From Nemertoderma westbladi (lineage: Eukaryota > Animalia > Xenacoelomorpha): DNA of 64,000 nt. Below the pieces are notes generated by a model. The model saw only the letters and a program-made list of their open reading frames with translations, did no database searches and was not told where the DNA came from. The translations under genes were made by a program, and so were the position numbers. Position 1 is the first letter of the stretch. Each line of letters begins with the position of its first letter. Location: the NCBI GenBank assembly GCA_032718475.1, contig JAUCBJ010002874.1, positions 1 to 64,000 of the forward strand. Direction: 5' to 3'. Shown piece by piece: positions 8,801 through 22,800 of this stretch.

Positions 8801-11800
8801 TTCATAGTAAATGTATGGAGTAGGGAAAGAAGATCGTAGAGGCATTCATAGTAAATGTATGGAGTAGGGAAAGAACGTAGAGGCATTCATAGTAAATGTA
8901 TGGAGTAGGGAAAGATCGTAGAGGCATTCATAGTAAATGTATGGAGTAGGGAAAGAACGTAGAGGCATTCATAGTAAATGAGGAGGGAAAGATCGTAGAG
9001 GCATTCATAGTAAATGTATGGAGTAGGGAAAGATCGTAGAGGCATTCATAGTAAATGTATGGAGGAGGGAAAGAAGAACGTAGAGGCATTCATAGTAAAT
9101 GTATGAAGGAGGGAATGAAGAACGTAGAGGCATTCATAGTAAATGTATGGAGTAGGGAAAGAACGTAGAGGCATTCATAGTAAATGTATGGAGTAGGGAA
9201 AGATCGTAGAGGCATTCATAGTAAATGTATGGAGGAGGGAAAGAACGTAGAGGCATTCATAGTAAATGTATGGAGGAGGGAAAGATCGTAGAGGCATTCA
9301 TAGTAAATGTATGAAGGAGGGAATGAAGAACGTAGAGGCATTCATAGTAAATGTATGGAGTAGGGAAAGAACGTAGAGGCATTCATAGTAAATGTATGGA
9401 GTAGGGAAAGAACGTAGAGGCATTCATAGTAAATGTATGGAGGAGGGAAAGAACGTAGAGGCATTCATAGTAAATGTATGGAGTAGGGAAAGAACGTAGA
9501 GGCATTCATAGTAAATGTATGGAGTAGGGAAAGAACGTAGAGGCATTCATAGTAAATGTATGGAGGAGGGAAAGAACGTAGAGGCATTCATAGTAAATGT
9601 ATGGAGTAGGGAAAGAACGTAGAGGCATTCATAGTAAATGTATGGAGGAGGGAAAGAACGTAGAGGCATTCATAGTAAATGTATGGAGTAGGGAAAGAAC
9701 GTAGAGGCATTCATAGTAAATGTATGGAGGAGGGAAAGAACGTAGAGGCATTCATAGTAAATGTATGGAGTAGGGAAAGAACGTAGAGGCATTCATAGTA
9801 AATGTATGGAGGAGGGAAAGAACGTAGAGGCATTCATAGTAAATGTATGGAGTAGGGAAAGAACGTAGAGGCATTCATAGTAAATGTATGGAGTAGGGAA
9901 AGAACGTAGAGGCATTCATAGTAAATGTATGGAGGAGGGAATGAAGATCGTAGAGGCATTCATAGTAAATGTATGGAGGAGGGAAAGAACGTAGAGGCAT
10001 TCATAGTAAATGTATGGAGTAGGGAAAGAACGTAGAGGCATTCATAGTAAATGTATGGAGTAGGGAAAGAACGTAGAGGCATTCATAGTAAATGTATGGA
10101 GGAGGGAAAGAACGTAGAGGCATTCATAGTAAATGTATAGAGTAGGGAAAGAACGTAGAGGCATTCATAGTAAATGTATGGAGGAGGGAAAGAACGTAGA
10201 GGCATTCATAGTAAATGAGTAGGGAGAGAACGTAGAGGCATTCATAGTAAATGTATGGAGGAGGGAATGAACGTAGAGGCATTCATAGTAAATGTATGGA
10301 GGAGGGAAAGAACGTAGAGGCATTCATAGTAAATGTATGGAGTAGGGAAAGAACGTAGAGGCATTCATAGTAAATGAGTAGGGAGAGAACGTAGAGGCAT
10401 TCATAGTAAATGAGTAGGGAGAGAACGTAGAGGCATTCATAGTAAATGAGTAGGGAGAGAACGTAGAGGCATTCATAGTAAATGAGTAGGGAGAGAACGT
10501 AGAGGCATTCATAGTAAATGAGTAGGGAGAGAACGTAGAGGCATTCATAGTAAATGAGTAGGGAGAGAACGTAGAGGCATTCATAGTAAATGAGTAGGGA
10601 GAGAACGTAGAGGCATTCATAGTAAATGAGTAGGGAGAGAACGTAGAGGCATTCATAGTAAATGTATGGAGGAGGGAATGAACGTAGAGGCATTCATAGT
10701 AAATGAGTAGGGAGAGAACGTAGAGGCATTCATAGTAAATGTATGGAGTAGGGAAAGAACGTAGAGGCATTCATAGTAAATGTATGGAGGAGGGAAAGAA
10801 CGTAGAGGCATTCATAGTAAATGAGGAGGGAGAGAACGTAGAGGCATTCATAGTAAATGTATGGAGTAGGGAAAGAACGTAGAGGCATTCATAGTAAATG
10901 TATGGAGGAGGGAAAGAACGTAGAGGCATTCATAGTAAATGAGGAGGGAGAGAACGTAGAGGCATTCATAGTAAATGTATGGAGTAGGGAAAGAACGTAG
11001 AGGCATTCATAGTAAATGTATGGAGTAGGGAAAGAACGTAGAGGCATTCATAGTAAATGTATGGAGGAGGGAAAGAACGTAGAGGCATTCATAGTAAATG
11101 TATGGAGGAGGGAAAGAACGTAGAGGCATTCATAGTAAATGAGGAGGGAGAGAACGTAGAGGCATTCATAGTAAATGTATGGAGTAGGGAAAGAACGTAG
11201 AGGCATTCATAGTAAATGTATGGAGTAGGGAAAGAACGTAGAGGCATTCATAGTAAATGTATGGAGTAGGGAAAGAACGTAGAGGCATTCATAGTAAATG
11301 TATGGAGGAGGGAAAGAACGTAGAGGCATTCATAGTAAATGAGGAGGGAAAGATCGTAGAGGCATTCATAGTAAATGTATGGAGTAGGGAAAGAAGAACG
11401 TAGAGGCATTCATAGTAAATGTATGGAGGAGGGAAAGAACGTAGAGGCATTCATAGTAAATGAGGAGGGAAAGAACGTAGAGGCATTCATAGTAAATGAG
11501 GAGGGAGAGAACGTAGAGGCATTCATAGTAAATGTATGGAGGAGGGAAAGAACGTAGAGGCATTCATAGTAAATGTATGGAGGAGGGAAAGAACGTAGAG
11601 GCATTCATAGTAAATGAGGAGGGAGAGAACGTAGAGGCATTCATAGTAAATGAGGAGGGAAAGAACGTAGAGGCATTCATAGTAAATGAGTAGGGAAAGA
11701 TCGTAGAGGCATTCATAGTAAATGAGTAGGGAAAGATCGTAGAGGCATTCATAGTAAATGTATGGAGGAGGGAAAGAACGTAGAGGCATTCATAGTAAAT

Positions 11801-14800
11801 GTATGGAGGAGGGAAAGAACGTAGAGGCATTCATAGTAAATGTATGGAGGAGGGAAAGAACGTAGAGGCATTCATAGAAAATGTATGGAGGAGGGAAAGA
11901 ACGTAGAGGCATTCATAGTAAATGAGGAGGGAGAGAACGTAGAGGCATTCATAGTAAATGAGGAGGGAAAGAACGTAGAGGCATTCATAGTAAATGAGTA
12001 GGGAAAGATCGTAGAGGCATTCATAGTAAATGAGTAGGGAAAGATCGTAGAGGCATTCATAGTAAATGAGTAGGGAGAGAACGTAGAGGCATTCATAGTA
12101 AATGTATGGAGGAGGGAAAGAACGTAGAGGCATTCATAGTAAATGTATGGAGGAGGGAAAGAACGTAGAGGCATTCATAGTAAATGTATGGAGGAGGGAA
12201 AGAACGTAGAGGCATTCATAGTAAATGAGGAGGGAGAGAACGTAGAGGCATTCATAGTAAATGAGGAGGGAAAGAACGTAGAGGCATTCATAGTAAATGA
12301 GTAGGGAAAGATCGTAGAGGCATTCATAGTAAATGAGTAGGGAAAGATCGTAGAGGCATTCATAGTAAATGAGTAGGGAGAGAACGTAGAGGCATTCATA
12401 GTAAATGTATGGAGGAGGGAAAGAACGTAGAGGCATTCATAGTAAATGAGGAGGGAAAGAACGTAGAGGCATTCATAGTAAATGAGGAGGGAAAGAACGT
12501 AGAGGCATTCATAGTAAATGAGGAGGGAAAGAACGTAGAGGCATTCATAGTAAATGAGGAGGGAAAGAACGTAGAGGCATTCATAGTAAATGTATGGAGT
12601 AGGGAAAGAACGTAGAGGCATTCATAGTAAATGAGTAGGGAGAGAACGTAGAGGCATTCATAGTAAATGTATGGAGTAGGGAAAGAACGTAGAGGCATTC
12701 ATAGTAAATGTATGGAGTAGGGAAAGAACGTAGAGGCATTCATAGTAAATGTATGGAGTAGGGAAAGAACGTAGAGGCATTCATAGTAAATGAGTAGGGG
12801 GAGAACGTAGAGGCATTCATAGTAAATGTATGGAGGAGGGAAAGAACGTAGAGGCATTCATAGTAAATGTATGGAGTAGGGAAAGAACGTAGAGGCATTC
12901 ATAGTAAATGTATGGAGGAGGGAAAGAACGTAGAGGCATTCATAGTAAATGAGGAGGGAGAGAACGTAGAGGCATTCATAGTAAATGTATGGAGTAGGGA
13001 AAGAACGTAGAGGCATTCATAGTAAATGTATGGAGTAGGGAAAGAACGTAGAGGCATTCATAGTAAATGAGGAGGGAAAGATCGTAGAGGCATTCATAGT
13101 AAATGAGTAGGGAGAGAACGTAGAGGCATACATAGTAAATGTATGGAGTAGGGAAAGAACGTAGAGGCATTCATAGTAAATGAGGAGGGAGAGAACGTAG
13201 AGGCATTCATAGTAAATGTATGGAGTAGGGAAAGAACGTAGAGGCATTCATAGTAAATGTATGGAGTAGGGAAAGAACGTAGAGGCATTCATAGTAAATG
13301 TATGGAGGAGGGAAAGAACGTAGAGGCATTCATAGTAAATGAGGAGGGAAAGATCGTAGAGGCATTCATAGTAAATGAGTAGGGAGAGAACGTAGAGGCA
13401 TACATAGTAAATGTATGGAGTAGGGAAAGAAGAACGTAGAGGCATTCATAGTAAATGTATGGAGGAGGGAAAGAACGTAGAGGCATTCATAGTAAATGAG
13501 GAGGGAAAGAACGTAGAGGCATTCATAGTAAATGAGGAGGGAAAGAACGTAGAGGCATTCATAGTAAATGAGGAGGGAAAGAACGTAGAGGCATTCATAG
13601 TAAATGTATGGAGTAGGGAAAGAAGATCGTAGAGGCATTCATAGTAAATGAGTAGGGAGAGAACGTAGAGGCATACATAGTAAATGTATGGAGTAGGGAA
13701 AGAACGTAGAGGCATTCATAGTAAATGTATGGAGTAGGGAAAGAACGTAGAGGCATTCATAGTAAATGTATGGAGTAGGGAAAGAACGTAGAGGCATTCA
13801 TAGTAAATGAGGAGGGAAAGAACGTAGAGGCATTCATAGTAAATGAGGAGGGAAAGAACGTAGAGGCATTCATAGTAAATGAGGAGGGAAAGAACGTAGA
13901 GGCATTCATAGTAAATGAGGAGGGAAAGATCGTAGAGGCATTCATAGTAAATGAGGAGGGAAAGATCGTAGAGGCATTCATAGTAAATGAGGAGGGAAAG
14001 AACGTAGAGGCATTCATAGTAAATGAGGAGGGAAAGATCGTAGAGGCATTCATAGTAAATGAGTAGGGAGAGAACGTAGAGGCATACATAGTAAATGTAT
14101 GGAGTAGGGAAAGAACGTAGAGGCATTCATAGTAAATGAGTAGGGAGAGAACGTAGAGGCATTCATAGTAAATGAGTAGGGAGAGAACGTAGAGGCATTC
14201 ATAGTAAATGAGGAGGGAAAGAACGTAGAGGCATTCATAGTAAATGAGGAGGGAAAGAACGTAGAGGCATTCATAGTAAATGAGGAGGGAAAGAACGTAG
14301 AGGCATTCATAGTAAATGAGGAGGGAAAGATCGTAGAGGCATTCATAGTAAATGAGGAGGGAGAGAACGTAGAGGCATTCATAGTAAATGAGGAGGGAAA
14401 GAACGTAGAGGCATTCATAGTAAATGAGGAGGGAAAGATCGTAGAGGCATTCATAGTAAATGAGTAGGGAGAGAACGTAGAGGCATACATAGTAAATGTA
14501 TGGAGTAGGGAAAGAACGTAGAGGCATTCATAGTAAATGAGGAGGGAAAGAACGTAGAGGCATTCATAGTAAATGAGGAGGGAAAGAACGTAGAGGCATT
14601 CATAGTAAATGAGGAGGGAAAGAACGTAGAGGCATTCATAGTAAATGAGGAGGGAAAGATCGTAGAGGCATTCATAGTAAATGAGGAGGGAAAGATCGTA
14701 GAGGCATTCATAGTAAATGAGGAGGGAAAGAACGTAGAGGCATTCATAGTAAATGAGGAGGGAAAGATCGTAGAGGCATTCATAGTAAATGAGTAGGGAG

Positions 14801-16550
14801 AGAACGTAGAGGCATTCATAGTAAATGAGTAGGGAGAGAACGTAGAGGCATTCATAGTAAATGAGTAGGGAGAGAACGTAGAGGCATTCATAGTAAATGT
14901 ATGGAGTAGGGAAAGAACGTAGAGGCATTCATAGTAAATGAGGAGGGAAAGAACGTAGAGGCATTCATAGTAAATGAGGAGGGAAAGAACGTAGAGGCAT
15001 TCATAGTAAATGAGGAGGGAAAGATCGTAGAGGCATTCATAGTAAATGAGTAGGGAGAGAACGTAGAGGCATACATAGTAAATGTATGGAGTAGGGAAAG
15101 AAGAACGTAGAGGCATTCATAGTAAATGTATGGAGGAGGGAAAGAACGTAGAGGCATTCATAGTAAATGAGGAGGGAAAGAACGTAGAGGCATTCATAGT
15201 AAATGAGGAGGGAAAGAACGTAGAGGCATTCATAGTAAATGTATGGAGGAGGGAAAGAACGTAGAGGCATTCATAGTAAATGAGGAGGGAAAGAACGTAG
15301 AGGCATTCATAGTAAATGAGGAGGGAGAGAACGTAGAGGCATTCATAGTAAATGTATGGAGGAGGGAATGAACGTAGAGGCATTCATAGTAAATGTATGG
15401 AGGAGGGAAAGAACGTAGAGGCATTCATAGTAAATGTATGGAGGAGGGAAAGAACGTAGAGGCATTCATAGTAAATGAGGAGGGAAAGAACGTAGAGGCA
15501 TTCATAGTAAATGTATGGAGTAGGGAAAGAACGTAGAGGCATTCATAGTAAATGTATGGAGTAGGGAAAGAACGTAGAGGCATTCATAGTAAATGTATGG
15601 AGTAGGGAAAGAACGTAGAGGCATTCATAGTATATGTATGGAGTGGGGAAAGAACGTAGAGGCATTCATAGTAAATGTATGGAGTAGGGAAAGAACGTAG
15701 AGGCATTCATAGTAAATGTATGGAGTAGGGAAAGAACGTAGAGGCATTCATAGTAAATGTATGGAGTAGGGAAAGAACGTAGAGGCATTCATAGTAAATG
15801 TATGGAGGAGGGAAAGAACGTAGAGGCATTCATAGTAAATGAGGAGGGAAAGATCGTAGAGGCATTCATAGTAAATGTATGGAGTAGGGAAAGAACGTAG
15901 AGGCATTCATAGTAAATGTATGGAGTAGGGAAAGAAGATCGTAGAGGCATTCATAGTAAATGTATGGAGTAGGGAAAGATCGTAGAGGCATTCATAGTAA
16001 ATGAGTAGGGAGAGAACGTAGAGGCATTCATAGTAAATGTATGGAGTAGGGAAAGAACGTAGAGGCATTCATAGTAAATGTATGGAGTAGGGAAAGAACG
16101 TAGAGGCATTCATAGTAAATGAGTAGGGAGAGAACGTAGAGGCATTCATAGTAAATGAGTAGGGAGAGAACGTAGAGGCATTCATAGTAAATGTATGGAG
16201 TAGGGAAAGAAGATCGTAGAGGCATTCATAGTAAATGTATGGAGTAGGGAAAGATCGTAGAGGCATTCATAGTAAATGAGTAGGGAGAGAACGTAGAGGC
16301 ATTCATAGTAAATGTATGGAGTAGGGAAAGAACGTAGAGGCATTCATAGTAAATGAGGAGGGAAAGATCGTAGAGGCATTCATAGTAAATGTATGGAGTA
16401 GGGAAAGATCGTAGAGGCATTCATAGTAAATGTATGGAGGAGGGAAAGAACGTAGAGGCATTCATAGTAAATGTATGGAGTAGGGAATGAACGTAGAGGC
16501 ATTCATAGTAAATGAGGAGGGAAAGATCGTAGAGGCATTCATAGTAAATG
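2860..16550 (+). repeat. Array domain A: 36-mer-rich, mixed with 41-mers
   Basis: Long runs of AAATGAG-type (36 bp) monomers, with a 41-mer-rich interlude at about 8600-10360. Boundaries approximate. Confidence 0.85.
4626..5957 (+). repeat. Run of 37 consecutive 36-bp monomers
   Basis: 1332 bp = 37 x 36 with no GTATG-containing unit; explains the 484-aa minus-strand ORF. Confidence 0.92.
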
Positions 16551-16899
16551 TATGGAGTAGGGAAAGATCGTAGAGGCATTCATAGTAAATGTATGGAGGA
16601 GGGAAAGAACGTAGAGGCATTCATAGTAAATGTATGGAGGAGGGAAAGAACGTAGAGGCATTCATAGTAAATGTATGGAGTAGGGAGAGAACGTAGAGGC
16701 ATTCATAGTAAATGTATGGAGTAGGGAATGAACGTAGAGGCATTCATAGTAAATGAGGAGGGAAAGATCGTAGAGGCATTCATAGTAAATGTATGGAGTA
16801 GGGAAAGATCGTAGAGGCATTCATAGTAAATGTATGGAGGAGGGAAAGAACGTAGAGGCATTCATAGTAAATGTATGGAGTAGGGAAAGAACGTAGAGG

Positions 16900-19800
16900 C
16901 ATTCATAGTAAATGTATGAAGGAGGGAATGAAGAACGTAGAGGCATTCATAGTAAATGTATGGAGTAGGGAAAGAACGTAGAGGCATTCATAGTAAATGT
17001 ATGGAGGAGGGAAAGAACGTAGAGGCATTCATAGTAAATGTATGGAGTAGGGAAAGATCGTAGAGGCATTCATAGTAAATGTATGAAGGAGGGAATGAAG
17101 AACGTAGAGGCATTCATAGTAAATGTATGGAGGAGGGAATGAAGATCGTAGAGGCATTCATAGTAAATGTATGGAGGAGGGAAAGAACGTAGAGGCATTC
17201 ATAGTAAATGTATGAAGGAGGGAATGAAGAACGTAGAGGCATTCATAGTAAATGTATGGAGGAGGGAATGAAGATCGTAGAGGCATTCATAGTAAATGTA
17301 TGGAGGAGGGAAAGAACGTAGAGGCATTCATAGTAAATGTATGAAGGAGGGAATGAAGAACGTAGAGGCATTCATAGTAAATGTATGGAGGAGGGAATGA
17401 AGATCGTAGAGGCATTCATAGTAAATGTATGGAGGAGGGAGAGAACGTAGAGGCATTCATAGTAAATGTATGGAGGAGGGAAAGAACGTAGAGGCATTCA
17501 TAGTAAATGTATGAAGGAGGGAATGAAGAACGTAGAGGCATTCATAGTAAATGTATGGAGGAGGGAATGAAGATCGTAGAGGCATTCATAGTAAATGTAT
17601 GGAGGAGGGAAAGAACGTAGAGGCATTCATAGTAAATGTATGAAGGAGGGAATGAAGAACGTAGAGGCATTCATAGTAAATGTATGGAGGAGGGAATGAA
17701 GATCGTAGAGGCATTCATAGTAAATGTATGGAGGAGGGAGAGAACGTAGAGGCATTCATAGTAAATGTATGGAGGAGGGAAAGAACGTAGAGGCATTCAT
17801 AGTAAATGTATGGAGTAGGGAAAGAACGTAGAGGCATTCATAGTAAATGAGGAGGGAATGAACGTAGAGGCATTCATAGTAAATGTATGGAGGAGGGAAT
17901 GAACGTAGAGGCATTCATAGTAAATGTATGGAGGAGGGAAAGAACGTAGAGGCATTCATAGTAAATGTATGGAGTAGGGAAAGAACGTAGAGGCATTCAT
18001 AGTAAATGTATGGAGTAGGGAAAGAACGTAGAGGCATTCATAGTAAATGTATGGAGGAGGGAAAGAACGTAGAGGCATTCATAGTAAATGAGGAGGGAAA
18101 GATCGTAGAGGCATTCATAGTAAATGTATGGAGTAGGGAAAGATCGTAGAGGCATTCATAGTAAATGTATGGAGGAGGGAAAGAAGAACGTAGAGGCATT
18201 CATAGTAAATGAGGAGGGAAAGAACGTAGAGGCATTCATAGTAAATGTATGGAGGAGGGAAAGAACGTAGAGGCATTCATAGTAAATGTATGGAGTAGGG
18301 AAAGAACGTAGAGGCATTCATAGTAAATGTATGGAGGAGGGAAAGAACGTAGAGGCATTCATAGTAAATGTATGAAGGAGGGAATGAAGAACGTAGAGGC
18401 ATTCATAGTAAATGTATGGAGTAGGGAAAGAACGTAGAGGCATTCATAGTAAATGTATGGAGGAGGGAAAGAACGTAGAGGCATTCATAGTAAATGTATG
18501 GAGTAGGGAAAGAACGTAGAGGCATTCATAGTAAATGAGTAGGGAGAGAACGTAGAGGCATTCATAGTAAATGTATGGAGTAGGGAAAGAACGTAGAGGC
18601 ATTCATAGTAAATGTATGAAGGAGGGAATGAAGAACGTAGAGGCATTCATAGTAAATGTATGGAGTAGGGAAAGAACGTAGAGGCATTCATAGTAAATGT
18701 ATGGAGGAGGGAATGAAGAACGTAGAGGCATTCATAGTAAATGTATGGAGTAGGGAAAGAACGTAGAGGCATTCATAGTAAATGTATGGAGTAGGGAAAG
18801 AACGTAGAGGCATTCATAGTAAATGTATGGAGTAGGGAAAGAACGTAGAGGCATTCATAGTAAATGTATGAAGGAGGGAATGAAGATCGTAGAGGCATTC
18901 ATAGTAAATGTATGGAGTAGGGAAAGAACGTAGAGGCATTCATAGTAAATGTATGGAGTAGGGAAAGAACGTAGAGGCATTCATAGTAAATGTATGGAGT
19001 AGGGAAAGAACGTAGAGGCATTCATAGTAAATGTATGAAGGAGGGAATGAAGAACGTAGAGGCATTCATAGTAAATGTATGAAGGAGGGAATGAAGATCG
19101 TAGAGGCATTCATAGTAAATGTATGGAGTAGGGAAAGAACGTAGAGGCATTCATAGTAAATGTATGGAGTAGGGAAAGAACGTAGAGGCATTCATAGTAA
19201 ATGTATGGAGTAGGGAAAGAACGTAGAGGCATTCATAGTAAATGTATGAAGGAGGGAATGAAGAACGTAGAGGCATTCATAGTAAATGTATGGAGTAGGG
19301 AAAGAACGTAGAGGCATTCATAGTAAATGTATGTAGGAGGGAAAGAACGTAGAGGCATTCATAGTAAATGTATGGAGTAGGGAAAGAACGTAGAGGCATT
19401 CATAGTAAATGTATGGAGTAGGGAAAGAACGTAGAGGCATTCATAGTAAATGTATGGAGGAGGGAAAGAACGTAGAGGCATTCATAGTAAATGTATGGAG
19501 TAGGGAAAGAACGTAGAGGCATTCATAGTAAATGTATGGAGGAGGGAAAGAACGTAGAGGCATTCATAGTAAATGTATGGAGTAGGGAAAGAACGTAGAG
19601 GCATTCATAGTAAATGTATGGAGGAGGGAAAGAACGTAGAGGCATTCATAGTAAATGTATGGAGTAGGGAAAGAACGTAGAGGCATTCATAGTAAATGTA
19701 TGGAGGAGGGAAAGAACGTAGAGGCATTCATAGTAAATGTATGGAGTAGGGAAAGAACGTAGAGGCATTCATAGTAAATGTATGGAGTAGGGAAAGAACG

Positions 19801-22800
19801 TAGAGGCATTCATAGTAAATGTATGGAGTAGGGAAAGAACGTAGAGACATTCATAGTAAATGTATGAAGGAGGGAATGAAGAACGTAGAGGCATTCATAG
19901 TAAATGTATGGAGTAGGGAAAGAACGTAGAGGCATTCATAGTAAATGTATGGAGGAGGGAAAGAACGTAGAGGCATTCATAGTAAATGTATGGAGTAGGG
20001 AAAGAACGTAGAGGCATTCATAGTAAATGTATGGAGTAGGGAAAGAACGTAGAGACATTCATAGTAAATGTATGGAGGAGGGAAAGAACGTAGAGGCATT
20101 CATAGTAAATGTATGGAGTAGGGAAAGAACGTAGAGGCATTCATAGTAAATGTATGGAGTAGGGAAAGAACGTAGAGGCATTCATAGTAAATGTATGGAG
20201 TAGGGAAAGAACGTAGAGACATTCATAGTAAATGTATGGAGGAGGGAAAGAACGTAGAGGCATTCATAGTAAATGTATGGAGTAGGGAAAGAACGTAGAG
20301 GCATTCATAGTAAATGTATGGAGTAGGGAAAGAACGTAGAGGCATTCATAGTAAATGTATGGAGTAGGTAAAGAACGTAGAGGCATTCATAGTAAATGTA
20401 TGGAGGAGGGAAAGAACGTAGAGGCATTCATAGTAAATGTATGGAGGAGGGAAAGAACGTAGAGGCATTCATAGTAAATGTATGAAGGAGGGAATGAAGA
20501 TCGTAGAGGCATTCATAGTAAATGTATGGAGGAGGGAAAGAACGTAGAGGCATTCATAGTAAATGTATGGAGTAGGGAAAGAACGTAGAGGCATTCATAG
20601 TAAATGTATGGAGTAGGGAAAGAACGTAGAGGCATTCATAGTAAATGTATGGAGTAGGGAAAGAACGTAGAGACATTCATAGTAAATGTATGAAGGAGGG
20701 AATGAAGAACGTAGAGGCATTCATAGTAAATGTATGGAGTAGGGAAAGAACGTAGAGGCATTCATAGTAAATGTATGGAGTAGGGAATGAAGATCGTAGA
20801 GGCATTCATAGTAAATGTATGGAGGAGGGAAAGAACGTAGAGGCATTCATAGTAAATGTATGGAGTAGGGAAAGAACGTAGAGGCATTCATAGTAAATGT
20901 ATGGAGTAGGGAAAGAACGTAGAGGCATTCATAGTAAATGTATGGAGTAGGGAAAGAACGTAGAGACATTCATAGTAAATGTATGAAGGAGGGAATGAAG
21001 AACGTAGAGGCATTCATAGTAAATGTATGGAGTAGGGAAAGAACGTAGAGGCATTCATAGTAAATGTATGGAGTAGGGAAAGAACGTAGAGGCATTCATA
21101 GTAAATGTATGGAGGAGGGAAAGAACGTAGAGGCATTCATAGTAAATGTATGAAGGAGGGAATGAAGAACGTAGAGGCATTCATAGTAAATGTATGGAGG
21201 AGGGAATGAAGATCGTAGAGGCATTCATAGTAAATGTATGGAGGAGGGAAAGATCGTAGAGGCATTCATAGTAAATGTATGGAGTAGGGAGAGAACGTAG
21301 AGGCATTCATAGTAAATGTATGGAGTAGGGAGAGAACGTAGAGGCATTCATAGTAAATGTATGGAGTAGGGAAAGAACGTAGAGGCATTCATAGTAAATG
21401 TATGGAGTAGGGAAAGAACGTAGAGACATTCATAGTAAATGTATGGAGTAGGGAAAGAACGTAGAGGCATTCATAGTAAATGTATGGAGTAGGGAGAGAA
21501 CGTAGAGGCATTCATAGTAAATGTATGGAGGAGGGAAAGAACGTAGAGACATTCATAGTAAATGTATGAAGGAGGGAATGAAGAACGTAGAGGCATTCAT
21601 AGTAAATGTATGGAGGAGGGAAAGAACGTAGAGGCATTCATAGTAAATGTATGGAGGAGGGAAAGAACGTAGAGGCATTCATAGTAAATGTATGGAGGAG
21701 GGAAAGAACGTAGAGACATTCATAGTAAATGTATGAAGGAGGGAATGAAGAACGTAGAGGCATTCATAGTAAATGTATGGAGGAGGGAAAGAACGTAGAG
21801 GCATTCATAGTAAATGTATGGAGTAGGGAAAGAACGTAGAGGCATTCATAGTAAATGTATGGAGTAGGGAAAGAACGTAGAGGCATTCATAGTAAATGTA
21901 TGGAGTAGGGAAAGAACGTAGAGGCATTCATAGTAAATGTATGGAGTAGGGAAAGAACGTAGAGACATTCATAGTATATGTATGAAGGAGGGAATGAAGA
22001 ACGTAGAGGCATTCATAGTAAATGTATGGAGTAGGGAAAGAACGTAGAGGCATTCATAGTAAATGTATGGAGGAGGGAAAGAACGTAGAGGCATTCATAG
22101 TAAATGTATGAAGGAGGGAATGAAGAACGTAGAGGCATTCATAGTAAATGTATGGAGTAGGGAAAGAACGTAGAGGCATTCATAGTAAATGTATGAAGGA
22201 GGGAATGAAGAACGTAGAGGCATTCATAGTAAATGAGTAGGGAAAGAACGTAGAGGCATTCATAGTAAATGTATGGAGGAGGGAATGAAGAACGTAGAGG
22301 CATTCATAGTAAATGTATGGAGTAGGGAAAGAACGTAGAGGCATTCATAGTAAATGTATGGAGTAGGGAAAGAACGTAGAGGCATTCATAGTAAATGAGT
22401 AGGGAGAGAACGTAGAGGCATTCACAGTAAATGTATGGAGTAGGGAAAGAACGTAGAGGCATTCATAGTAAATGTATGGAGAAGGGAAAGAACGTAGAGG
22501 CATTCATAGTAAATGTATGGAGTAGGGAAAGAACGTAGAGGCATTCATAGTAAATGTATGGAGAAGGGAAAGAACGTAGAGGCATTCATAGTAAATGTAT
22601 GAAGGAGGGAATGAAGAACGTAGAGGCATTCATAGTAAATGAGTAGGGAAAGAACGTAGAGGCATTCATAGTAAATGTATGGAGGAGGGAATGAAGAACG
22701 TAGAGGCATTCATAGTAAATGAGTAGGGAAAGAACGTAGAGGCATTCATAGTAAATGTATGGAGGAGGGAATGAAGAACGTAGAGGCATTCATAGTAAAT

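Noticed and set aside
11375-15264. Short plus-strand ORFs with (NEEGKNVEAFIV)n repeats
   Set aside because: They arise only where consecutive GAGGAG-type 36-mers lack the TAG codon; the T/G switch freely introduces stops.
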